Shown here one piece after another: positions 20,521 to 31,949 of a stretch of 64,000 nucleotides of DNA. The notes under the pieces were generated by a model, which did not search any database, was not told where the DNA came from, and was given only the letters and a program-made list of their open reading frames with translations. Where the stretch lies: assembly GCA_044892525.1 (NCBI GenBank), contig CM097887.1, forward strand, positions 119,142,397 to 119,206,396. The letters run 5' to 3'. The stretch comes from Schmidtea polychroa (lineage: Eukaryota). Made by a program: the position numbers and the translations under genes. The first letter of the stretch is position 1, and each line of letters opens with the position of its first letter.

Positions 20521-21644
20521 TTATTTAATCAATTGGTTTTCAGATATCCAGCTAGGATGTTTATAACCATGCCATTTCACATAGTATTGTTTATATTTCC
20601 CGTCCGATTTAGTTTTTAAAATCTCTTGAATTCTGAAGATTGTGGGTGATGGAATGACTTGTAGTTCTGGTTCGTAGAATTTGCCACTGACTTGATCGTT
20701 TTCATTATCTGTAATAAAATACATGACCAGATTTTGATTAGTATCTATTTTCGATATTTTAAAAACTTCATCACTCCAATTGTTATCAAAATTCTTGATG
20801 AATGGAGAAGCACTGATTTTACTTATTCTAACATGGTCTCCTACTTTATATTTCGGCTTTTTTGTTTTTGATTTATCTTGTTGTGATATCCAAGTATCAA
20901 TATTATTTGTTGAATAAATATCGATTGGTCTCATTCCATTTATTCCTCTATGAGGTGAAAAATTGTAACTGTAAATTATTTTCGACAATACATTTATCCA
21001 CGTTTTATTGCCTTGATATACAAAATATTTTTTTCAAACGATCTCTTAAAGTACGATTGAATCTTTCCACGTGCGCTGCTTTATATTGTGAAAATACTGA
21101 GTAATGATTTATTCCTTTGATAATTTCTTTAACTTTGCTATTATAAAATTCTTTACCTAAATTTAAAATTAATTAAAATTATTTAATTTATAATTTTACC
21201 CAAATCTGTTTGTAAATTACGAGGCTGTCCGTCAGCAAATAATGTTTTTAATGCATCAGCCATTTCATTAGCTGATTTAGATTTTGTTGGGATAGCACGA
21301 GCGTATCTACTAAATACATCAATACATGTCAAAATATATTTGTATCCTTTATTAATTTTTGAAAATGGAATCATTTCCATTAAATCCATTTGCCATAAAT
21401 CATTAACACCAAATGTTTTATAAGATCTCGTGGGGAATCTTTTTAACATTGGTTTATTTAGACTGTAGGCTAATTGATTAGATAACCATTTTTGAGTTTC
21501 TTTCTTTGATTTATTTACTCTTTTTGCAAGTTTTTCTACACCACCAAAACCATCTGGATCTTTCGGGTTTGTCCAAATCGTTTTGAGTTTTTTCTCTAAT
21601 ATTTTCTTCTTTGATTTGACCTTTTTGGAAAATGTTTCCTTCAT
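20521..21644 (-). CDS. Polinton retroviral-like DDE integrase with C-terminal chromo-like domain, spliced (intron 21157-21199)
   Basis: WQMDL, IDVFSR, then QTDL G|gtaaaa...tttag|GT KEFYN, then VERFNRTL, and YYVKWHGY at the C-terminus. Removing the 43-nt GT-AG intron joins ORFs 21183-21644 and 20521-20988 into one open frame. Confidence 0.9.
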
Positions 21645-21666
21645 TATTACAACATGATGTTAATAT

Positions 21667-23927
21667 TAGGGTTTTACAAAAACAGCGGTTTTCAAAAAAC
21701 AGCTGTTACTGTTTTTTATTTTCGAAAAAACAGCTGATATTAGCTGTTTTTACTGTTTTTTCAATTTTCCCATAATTTTAATATTTAAAAAATACTGAAA
21801 ATGTATATATTTATTTTTTTTCAATTTATTAATATCTTGGAAAATATTTATTATCTTTTATAACAACTTAATTCATATAACATCAGAAAACTTATTTATT
21901 TTTTATAGTAAAATTTCAAGAAAACCAAAGCTTTAAGAGCATCATCTGATAAGCGTGATCTAATTTTAGTGCAAAAATTTGTGCAAATTGAGAATACACG
22001 CTCAATGTCAGTCGATGTTGGTTTGATGCTAAGAAGTGCATTGTAAAGTTTTTGAAGATTTTCCGTTCGTTGTCCAGTATTCTTATACAAAGTGAATTCT
22101 GACTTAAGCCATTTAAAATCTACTCCAAGTACTTTCGGGGTTTGATCCATATATAAAAGCATATTAAGTTCTTCTTTTAGCGAAAGATTGGTGTTTTCAA
22201 ATTCTTCTTGGGTAGAACCACGTATATCATCGCCATCATCAAATTCAAATATGCGTGAAGCTAAACGTCCAGCAAATGTTAATGTTGTTTCTGATGGAAC
22301 AACTGATGAATCTTTGAGACTTTTCAAAAGATTCATAACATCTTTATTTATTCTTTCATCGATTCGTTGCTTTAAGTTATCATGCAGATCTTGACTTATT
22401 TCACTATTAATCATCGAAAGTTTCTTGAACATAAACTCTAATATTATTTCAGCACTTACTAATGTCGCATCATCTTGACTTAAGCGTTCAACAGCAAGTT
22501 TAATCGGTTCCATAGCACAAAGAAGATTATTAAGAGCATCAAAATCAACAGAATCTATTTGATATATTGCATTAAATTCAGTTAACGTTTCTCGAATAGC
22601 CAATTCTGATTTTATAATTGAATCCAACATGGTAGGAATTGAATTCCAACGCGTCTTAATATCCAGATATAATTCACTGTTGCGGCCTGTCAAAGCTTTG
22701 TTTTTTGTTAGGAAAACATTATTGCGAACTGTTGAGTTCTTTATAAATTTGACAAGTTTTCGAGATGTTTGAAGCAGATCGTGATAGTTCAAATCAACAT
22801 TCTCAATATCAATATCATTTGATAAACCAAGGCAATCATCATAGCATTCTGTATCTTCAATCTCATCGTTATTCCAATACGACTTTTCTTCATCAATACT
22901 TTTTTTCTTATACAAAGTATCACAAACTCCCAAATGAATAGCATGATTTAAACAAAACTGACCTATAATATCTAGCAATTGAATAAATTTCTTGTTAATT
23001 GCTGCTCCGTCTTGAGTAGATCCAACAATATCCTTATTCATATCAATTCCAAAATCGGCTAAATGTTCTTTCATTGCATTTATCATAACTTCTGCTGTGC
23101 AAGAACCAAAAATTCGAACAAGGCCAGTTTTCATTGTCATTTTATCGTCACTAGTATGTATGTTAACACCAAAAAAGCGTCTACCTCTAATTGTTGTGTA
23201 TTCATCAACTGTCATTGAAAATTTGGTTCCAGAATCAATCTTTTGTTTAACAAGTGTTATCATTTTAGCTTTTTTCTCTAAAAAATCTTCAATAATCAGT
23301 TTCATGACATCGCGTTCATTGATAGGAAGTTTAAGACCATCGCGAGTAATAGATTGTCTGATGTAATTATTTCTTGTAATAGCTCTAATAGTTATACCAT
23401 CAGTAGCAAGATCTGATACTATTTCTTTGAGAGATTTTTTAACTAGAAAATCTGAAATTGATTTTGTTCTCTTCTCTGATATTGTATCTTCTTTCGATGC
23501 ACTAACTGTTGGCTTTTCCATGTCGATGCCATGGGTTTTGAGATGATTTTTTAAAGTTGTTGTAGAATTGCCAGAACAAGTTATAACTTTATTACATCGC
23601 TTGCATTGACCTTCAAGCACCTTTTTTAACACATTTTTTCGTTTTATAGCATAATCCCAAACTGAAGACATGGGTGAAATATAAAATTATGTTTTTAGAA
23701 GTTTGTTAGTATATAAATAATCAAACAAATATTTATCAACAATATCAATTAAATATTGACTTTTGTAAGTTATATTATAATATTAAAAATTCTTTTTAAA
23801 AAAATTGAAAAAGGATCGTTAAAAAACAGTATAAACAGCTTCGAAAAAACAGCTGTTTAATGTTTTCCGATTAAGACAAAAAAACAGCTGTTTTACTGTT
23901 GCTGTTTAACAGTAATGTAAAACCCTA
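21667..23927 (-). mobile_element. Autonomous hAT transposon (Ac/hobo-like)
   Basis: 12-bp TIR TAGGGTTTTACA / TGTAAAACCCTA; subterminal AAACAGC repeats. Flanking 8-mers GTTAATAT and GTTCTAGC do not match. Confidence 0.92.
21896..23671 (-). CDS. hAT transposase, intact
   Basis: 591 aa; BED finger (VW..C..C..HL..H), TVDEYT, C..H, KTRWNS, PTSTDIERVFS dimerisation domain. Confidence 0.95.
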   Translation of the reverse strand: MSSVWDYAIKRKNVLKKVLEGQCKRCNKVITCSGNSTTTLKNHLKTHGIDMEKPTVSASKEDTISEKRTKSISDFLVKKSLKEIVSDLATDGITIRAITRNNYIRQSITRDGLKLPINERDVMKLIIEDFLEKKAKMITLVKQKIDSGTKFSMTVDEYTTIRGRRFFGVNIHTSDDKMTMKTGLVRIFGSCTAEVMINAMKEHLADFGIDMNKDIVGSTQDGAAINKKFIQLLDIIGQFCLNHAIHLGVCDTLYKKKSIDEEKSYWNNDEIEDTECYDDCLGLSNDIDIENVDLNYHDLLQTSRKLVKFIKNSTVRNNVFLTKNKALTGRNSELYLDIKTRWNSIPTMLDSIIKSELAIRETLTEFNAIYQIDSVDFDALNNLLCAMEPIKLAVERLSQDDATLVSAEIILEFMFKKLSMINSEISQDLHDNLKQRIDERINKDVMNLLKSLKDSSVVPSETTLTFAGRLASRIFEFDDGDDIRGSTQEEFENTNLSLKEELNMLLYMDQTPKVLGVDFKWLKSEFTLYKNTGQRTENLQKLYNALLSIKPTSTDIERVFSICTNFCTKIRSRLSDDALKALVFLKFYYKK

Positions 23928-24563
23928 GTTCTAGCCCAACACATTCCTCTCAAGTTGTACTTTGTCCTTATTTAATTTTTTTTTCTTCATATTTTTGCTG
24001 ATTTCTTTAATTATTTAATTTTTTCGCCTCCTTCTCTCGTTTTATTATCGTTTCAGATAATCAACTAGGCATTTTTTTTGTTATTGCCCAACACACTTTA
24101 ACCGATTTATGTCCACGACCACAACCAAATAGTAGAGACTAACGGAATGCTGGAACACCCCACACTATTTAAAAAATTATAATGACAAATTCGAAGATAA
24201 CTCTATTTTTTAAAACATTAATATATTTAGAAACTTATTTTAATCTATCTTTTCGGATTTAGTAAAATATTATGTTTAGTAAAAAATTCTGTTTTATATA
24301 AACTTATTTTGACCATTGTTTCTAAATCTAGTAAAATATTTGAAAATAATAAAAAGATGTTTTCTTTTCATGTTCATACATTCTACTTTGAATAAATTTA
24401 AATTCCAATTTTTTTGATAGAAACAAATACCAATTATTAAATATCTATTTTTAAGAATATTTGTTTAAATAATGCATCATTTAAATTCTTTATTCTACCG
24501 AAATTCAATCGTTTCATGCATGTAAATTCTTTATATAAATTTTCTAACAATAATTATGTATAG

Positions 24564-26255
24564 ACTCAGGAAATAGATATATTACATACAGACACTTTTC
24601 ATCAACTTTACCGCATTGGAGATTATGCTATCTTAAGCAAGTTAGGAAGAGGTATTGCATTTATATTTATAATATATTAAATCCTTATAATTTTAATTAG
24701 GAACATACGGCAGAGTTTATCTAGCTAAAAACAAGCAAAATAAATTTCTCTATGCTATAAAAAAAATAAAAATTGATGAAGGTATACCTACATCAACTTT
24801 GAGGGAAGTTAGTTTATTGAAAATTTTACAACATCCAAACATTATCAGGTATAATATATATATTATGATTAATTTGTTTGATAGTAATCCTAGTCTTTAT
24901 CAAGTGTTGGTATCAGATAAACGAATTTATATGGTTATGGAATACATGAAAATGAGTTTAAATCTTTTTCTCAGAGACTTTGATGTTTCTTCAGATTTAT
25001 TGCAGGTAATTTCTAAATTGAAATATAAGCTGATTTTTTATTTATACATAAATTTTTCAATGTAAGAGGATTAATTTCATAACAATTACTATATATGAAA
25101 TTTAAATTTCTGAAGGAAGTGAAGTTGTTTCCTATAATTTAATTATTTTTTAATTTGCACTAGATCATAATTTACGATTTGTTATTTGAATAATCATTTT
25201 ATTACTTCTTAATTTCAAATGCAAAATTTACCCGCTTCCACTATAAAGCTAACATACTGATGATTTTGTTTGTCGGGCCCCATTTCCCATATTAAAAAAG
25301 TGCGTTGATCTATGTTATTCTGGTATCGAAACACATTTCCTTTTAAGTCAGAAATCGGATAAATTATTCAAAAATAATTTATATCTAAATAAAGCTGTTA
25401 ATATAAAAGTTACATAACCGCATTTATATAAATGCTGAAGTTTTCCCGGTTCAAAAGTTTATATTTACTTTCAGAGTTTTATGTTTCAACTTCTCCAAGC
25501 AACATTATTTTGCCATAACCGCCGAGTTCTGCATCGTGATATTAAATCCCAGAATATTCTAGTTCATCATTCTATGAAGATTGTCAAATTATGCGATTTC
25601 GGTCTGTCTAGGAAAATTAACTATTGTCCAGGTCGCCTTACTCCGAATGTAATAGATAGGTTTTGCATTTTACATAACTAAGGTAATTTGCAGGTGGTAA
25701 CATTGTATTACCGCAGTCCCGAATTGATCCTAAACGAAGGGAGTTATTTCTCCGGTATTGACATCTGGTCTTTAGGCTGTGTGTTCGTAGAAATGGTCTT
25801 AAAGCATCCCCCTTTTAGAGTTGACGGAGAAATACAGTTATTCTTTAGTTGGTTCACCCAGTTAGGAGTTCCAAATGATGATGACATGCCTGGTGCAAAG
25901 GTGAAATTCGAGTCGATGAATTTTCAAGAAAGCAAAAATTCATTTAACGCTATCAAGCACTTGAAAACAAAAGTGAATTCCAAATGCTTTGATCTTATAA
26001 TGGTATGATGTTAGAATATTGTATGAGAATGCTTTCAACCAATCTATTTCCTAGCAAATGTTTATATATAATCCCTCGAAAAGAATAAGCGCATCGGCAG
26101 CATTGCTTCATGAATATTTTCATGATTTTGACAAATCAGTTGTTCCTGCTGTCGATGAGGAAAATGTTGGATTTCCAGGAGAAAATAATGTTGCAAGGAA
26201 ACCTCAAGTTCTTTTTTTAACAGCTGAAAATTTGGAAGCACTGAATGTCGAATAG
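24564..26255 (+). CDS. Cyclin-dependent kinase-like gene (CDK1/2-related, divergent); first exon/start not identified
   Basis: Exons ~24564-24651, 24701-24848, 24894-25005, 25475-25648, 25694-26002, 26055-26255 with GT-AG junctions. Motifs LGRGTYGRV, AIKK, EGIPTSTLREVSLLK, HRDIKSQN, DFGLSR, VVTLYYRSPE, DIWSLGC, KRISASAAL. Confidence 0.9.
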
Positions 26256-27536
26256 ATATTGAAACTAAATAATATTTGTATTGCTGTTTTCTAAGCTACA
26301 GGAGCATTTAATTAATTAATCTGTATTTTATCCTATCGTTTTTGTAATAAAGTTTTATCTACAGCCTTTTATTTTTAAGCATTATTTGCCACATAGCTGA
26401 CTGATTTGCTTTATTTGTACTTGTTTATTAAACCATTTCAAAAGTGATTATTCCAGTGACCAATTAATTAATTTGTCGCTATGTGATTGTTTATTTGTGT
26501 CAAATATCTAAACTGGCTAGCATATCACAAAAAAAATTTGCGACAGAACTACATTTCAATTTTTACAACTTGAATCTCCTTATTCGCGATTATTGGTGAC
26601 TCTGACGGTTTTTTTTCAACCTCGCTTGTGTTGGGGTTTACGGGAAAGATAAAAGAGAGGCGAGATTGTTTTTGTCTGCTCTTGGGTAAACGCTTCATGA
26701 CTATTGTTTTCCTATCTGTGTACCCATGGCGATGTTGGTGATGCAAACAGTCGTCAAGAGTTAAGAGACAGGTGATCTCCTGTGTTAAGTAATAACAACC
26801 AATTATTATGCATCTAGGTATAAATTAAAATGTGAAATCAAAGATGTACAAAGAAAGTTATATAATAAAACACAATCAACAAAGTTATGATAACAGGATC
26901 AAGTTCATAATGTTCCAGGCGGGTTACAACTCCCTTCCTTTCGGTCTCGGCCAACAACTGGGCTTGATTGAAAATGCTGTAATCTGCCGTGAAAGAAAAA
27001 GCTAGGTCGGATGCAGCCAATTCTAGGTGGGATGGAATAATATCCGTACATAAGAGGTTGTTTCTTGGCGTTGTACTCCGACCGGGTCAAGTTGAGTTTC
27101 TTTGCCTTTGGTGGTTCCACTGGATGTGTCGGGCTGGTGGTACAGAGATCGATAACTGCAGAAAGCTTGATGGAACTAATTGACTTAATAAGACCCGGTA
27201 TTGATGAGTCGGTCACTAGAAATGAACACCCGGTACCGGATTTTGATCGGATCATCTCTTCAGTAGTGGCGAGATGGAAGGACAGAGAATGAAAATATAA
27301 CTGATGTGATTAAAAATTGATCAGTTACGGCACATCAATCGTGTGCAGGAAAATGATTTAATATGAATAGCCGTGGAAACTGAGGAGACGAAGGAATATT
27401 TGTCAGATCGGTTACTAGGTAGTTAAGACGGACAAGTACCCGATTTTTCGAGTATGCAAAAACCTAAAATCCAAAATCCATGTATATAAACATATGAAAA
27501 TTAGCAGACAAATTTTTATGTATACTATAGTAGGAA

Positions 27537-28780
27537 ATGACAAATAATTTAAAAACAATCGACGAAATTATCGAATTCCTCCGACAACCTTCCCCAATCC
27601 AAATCGAGAAGCCTAGATTTGTTAAGAGTCTCGACAGACAGTGTGGTTGCAGAATTTTCAAAGACTATATAGTAGAATTGATTAAAAAGGGACAAAAGAA
27701 ATGCCCTAATTGCGGAGAAGTGAGCATTCAACAACTAAACAAAACTCGAGAAGACAGATAGGCACAAAAAGAAATAATAAAAATGAAAGTGCAGTGTGCA
27801 ATTACTTTATGTCGATGAACGATCTGGGAAGTGAAACATATCGAAGAATGCGTATACAAATGAAACATGTGCCAATTATGTCAGTAAATTTTAATTAAAG
27901 TTGGGGAACTAGAGCATCAAAAAAGCTGCGGAGAAAGACAGGGAGATTCCGGAAAGTGGGATACCTGGAAAGGAACCCAAAATGAACATTTGATGAAGAG
28001 AAAATATGCCTGGAGTTTAAAGGAGTTCAAATAAATGTGAAGTAACGGTAAAAATGAAATTGGCTCAACATCTGGAGAAATGCGAGAAAAACAAAATAGT
28101 ATCTATATCAAAGCGAGAAGAATTATCAAAACATCTGGAAGAGAATAATGTCACGCATACGAAGATGATGATACTGAAATTCAAGATAATGTAAGACGAG
28201 TAACCGAGATAGAACGAGAAATGACCTCGCTAAAGTTACTAACCGAAACATTAGAAATCAGAGAGACATTTGAATAAACAAGAATCTGCATGATGGAGAG
28301 AGCCATTATATTCGAAAAATCCGGGAGGAGATGGATGAGAAATATCATAAAATAATGGAAATTATGAGCAAGGAGGAACTCCCAACGATTCCATACATAT
28401 GACGAATAATTAACGTAAGAGAAAAGAGGCGACAAGCTGTACCAGGAATCGAAAATTCCATAACTTCTATTAGTGGAAAAATGGGTACAAAATGAAAATG
28501 CAAGTGTAACTAGATGGGTACGGAACCGGAAAAGGAACACATGTGTCAGTATTCTTCGCACTATGTATCGGCAAATATGACGAATTGTCAGAGTGACCAT
28601 GGATACAAACAATACACGAAGATCGTTTCAAACCACACATAATTAGCCCATGTTTTTAGAGACCCACGCCCCGAAATACATAACACAAGAAAGATTTGGA
28701 GAATAAGTCAAGAACAAAACGGTATATTTCAAGATGAATTTGAGAAAAGAAGGGATTTGGAGGACGAAGTGAAAATTGGT
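27537..28780 (+). pseudogene. TRAF-like pseudogene (degenerate RING, TRAF zinc fingers, coiled coil, MATH remnant)
   Basis: QCGCRIF..YI..LI..G.KKCPNC, DR*AQKEIIKMKVQC, repeated H.EEC / LEH.KSC / HLEKC fingers, GEPLYSK and YVKNKTVYFK-like MATH ends; many stops and frameshifts; no introns seen. Confidence 0.7.
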
Positions 28781-29605
28781 TGCTAATAAATGTAAAAAAG
28801 TGTGTGTGTTTTTATACCCGAAAAAACATTGTCTATAATAAAAAAACTATGTCCGATAACCATTAAATAAAATTCAAAACTGAACATTAAAAATTTTTTT
28901 TTAATTTTTAAAACTTCTATGATTAACTTCATCGCTAGGGTTCTACATATTGGCTCGCACTGCCCGTTAGCTCATGTTTTCCATTAGCCAATAAATTACT
29001 AATTAATAATTTCTGTGTTTTCATTTTTGCATGCTTTTCTACCCTTTCTAACCATTTTCTGGCAATTTCTTGCTCACTGTCTTCGCCATTCTATCCCGTC
29101 TTCCAGATTCGATTTCGACAACTTTTCAATTTATTCCAATTTTTCAGATTTGCGTATTTTTGCATTTCGTATCTGATTGCAGCCTTCCTCAGTTCGATTT
29201 TCATCATATCTTTATTTGTCAATAATTCCCTACTTGATCGCAATTCTCATTCAATTTCAATTCCCTTTTCACTCGAAATAATTCATTATAAAATAATTTT
29301 AATTTTGCAACTCAATATGAACTCAATTTGATGAGCTTGTTGGTGTTGGCGCTTAAGGGTGTATCATTTTCATTTTGAAGTTTTAAGGGTAGATGTTGCA
29401 TCGACTCCTTCCCGAATTCCGATATTATATAAACTTCATTCGAATCATATTTACATTATGGATAAACAATTTTAAACTTTCATTTAATTTCACATTAACT
29501 CGGAATCGATTACCGACTGTATTCCATCCGTCTCGTTCGTGGACCATTATTTATGTTTAATTCTATGCTAACTTCCTGCCTGCTGTATTGTTTATCAGTT
29601 TAGAC

Positions 29606-30189
29606 CAGTGGTTCTTAACCGGTGGTGCACGCACCCCTTAGGGGTGCAAAATTGTAATTTTACAAATTCACGTGTAGCTAGCAAAATAAAAAACTAATCT
29701 TAAAAATTCATTTTGGTTAGTAAATTTTTTATTCCCTAAACATTTTTTAAATATGTTTGTATAATATAAACCATAGAAACAAATTAATTTTTGTATTTTT
29801 TCTACAATTACAAAAATTCAAATGCGTTTCTAGTTTCTATAGTGATTTTTATATTTCCTCGAAATTTGTTGACTATTACAAGTTTGAATTTTTGTGTTGA
29901 ATATTAAAAGTTAAATATTAATAATAAAATAATTAATACAAGTTAATAATTGAGGAAAAGCAACAACAAAAAAGCCATTAATAAAAACTTTGATAATTTA
30001 TAATTGATTATTTCAGCTAACAATTAAAATTTATAAAAAAATTGTTACGCACATAAAATTAATAAAAAATATGTTTTGCATAATGTTTGTTTTTTAATTT
30101 ATATAACTCAATAATTTCTAGTAAGAGGTGCGAGAATATTGTTTGAAAATTTTAGGGGTGCCGGTAGCTAAAAAGGTTAAGAACCACTG
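29606..30189. mobile_element. Non-autonomous hAT (Charlie/Buster-type) MITE
   Basis: 15-bp TIR CAGTGGTTCTTAACC / GGTTAAGAACCACTG; perfect 8-bp TSD GTTTAGAC. Confidence 0.95.
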
Positions 30190-30289
30190 GTTTAGACGAA
30201 CAATGCCAATATTCGATTATCTGTCGAAGTGCATGCTGTGCTAGTGAAATTTGCCGATTTTTCTTTATCGCAATTATTACTAAACCACG

Positions 30290-30770
30290 TGGTTGAGGGG
30301 AACTGAATTATTAACAATCTACTATCGCTACAATCCTGCTACAAATGAAAGTACTGGAGAGACACCCTTTTATGTCATGTACCTACGACGAAACAATATG
30401 CCAGTCGATCTGGAATTTCAGCCACCTATTTCCCAATATATGGATGTATCAGATTATAAAGTAGTTATGCAGGAAAGATTACAGTCAGTATGGATTCAAG
30501 CTAAACCTAAAATAAGGCATCATCAAGAAGTATATAAAGAATGCTATGATAAACGCCACGGGCGCATGCCATTAAATTTGGAGATCTGGTGTATATAAAC
30601 AAACCAGAACCAACAAAAGGATTGTCAACGAAGTTGCAACAACCGTTCAAAGGACCATATCTAGTATCCGATACGACAGAATAATTTAAAATTGCGTCCT
30701 TAAAACAATATAAAGGCTGTAGCAATCATCGTTCATGTAAATAGATGCAAAAAGATACTAGCAGAAGATG
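30290..30770 (+). pseudogene. Ty3/Gypsy integrase C-terminal fragment
   Basis: YNPATNESTGETPFYVM...PVDL, then frameshifted GDLVYI...KL.QPFKGPYLV (GPY/F motif) and IVHVNRCK. Confidence 0.8.
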
Positions 30771-31949
30771 AATCACGCTATCCATTGAGATCGAAACTAA
30801 ATAAAGATGCAGGAAACCCAGTAATTAAACAAAAGTTTATAAAAAATCCTGCTTCATTGAGTTACATCAATAATGTTTTATTAATTACAAAAGTAATGAT
30901 TATCAATATGATATCAGCAAATGCCGTGAGAGTATTCCCGTTCTATGCAATTAAAACAGTTGCCCCATTGGATAAAATTCATATATACTCAACATATTTT
31001 TTATCGATGCTGAATACGGAACTTCAGAACCAGGAAAATAGTCCCTTTGGCGGTAGCAATCATGAATTATTATGGGAAAATAATAAATGACGTATACCTG
31101 ACTCCAAGGGGAAAATTCGATATTTCAATTCGAAAATCCACGGAATAACAGAAGTGGCTAGCAGGAACCAATGCGATCAATATGTGGCAACAAAAACATT
31201 CAGCAGCTGATAGTGGGTAAGGTATTGGTAGGCCATGGTCTACATGCAGAACTGCAATATTTGGGGGTCTGAATTGAGCAATCGTATGGCATTCGGGATC
31301 TAGCAGCAGCACCAATAATCCAGAACTTGGGAGTAACCATAAGAGGAGAATGGTTTAAATTACAAACTGTGGTAAAAGAGATATGTGGAGAAGAGACTCA
31401 AATTGGCAAACATTAGCAAACGTAGATTGACGATATACCAATGCTAAAAAATCAAACATCAAAGAGATATTTGTGGGATGAATATAAGAATCTTCGAGAA
31501 ATGGCATCAAGATCGACTACAATATCAGAGAAATTGATACAAATTCCAGTTGACACTGTAATAGAATCAGAAGAAATTGATTTTACAATCGAGGAGAATG
31601 TGGCGATGGAGAGTAAAAATTCATTAATTCCATTGAAGTGGGTCACCGAATCGTTTATGGAAATTTCGGAAGAATGTGTCGCATTAATGACAAGTGTTTC
31701 GATGGTAAGGACACATCCGACACTTGAGTATGGTCCAATGTGTTGAATGTCGAAAAGCTAAGAGGAAAAATATTTCAAACATTGATGTCGGAAATACTGT
31801 GATCGTCAATGGTGTAATATATGAACGACGTGAATCGAAACGATTGGAAATATAAATGGACTAAATTATATAAAGTTTTACTCGATTTGTCTCATTTATT
31901 AATTGGTAGCTCATCAGTAAAACCCCAAATAAGAAGAAATAAACAAATA

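Larger units (their letters stand above)
13480..21666 (-). mobile_element. Polinton/Maverick element B, truncated by hAT; no pPolB or ATPase visible
   Basis: INT-minor capsid-core-major capsid-protease gene run on the minus strand. Putative terminus AGTAGTTATC at 13480 is inferred. The hAT begins 22 bp upstream of the INT start codon. Confidence 0.8.

Noticed and set aside
20521-21644. Integrase as a broken pseudogene (two ORFs in the track)
   Set aside because: A 43-nt GT-AG intron restores one open frame with D, D and E intact.
28181-28612. 143 aa minus-strand ORF
   Set aside because: Antisense shadow of the purine-rich TRAF-like pseudogene.
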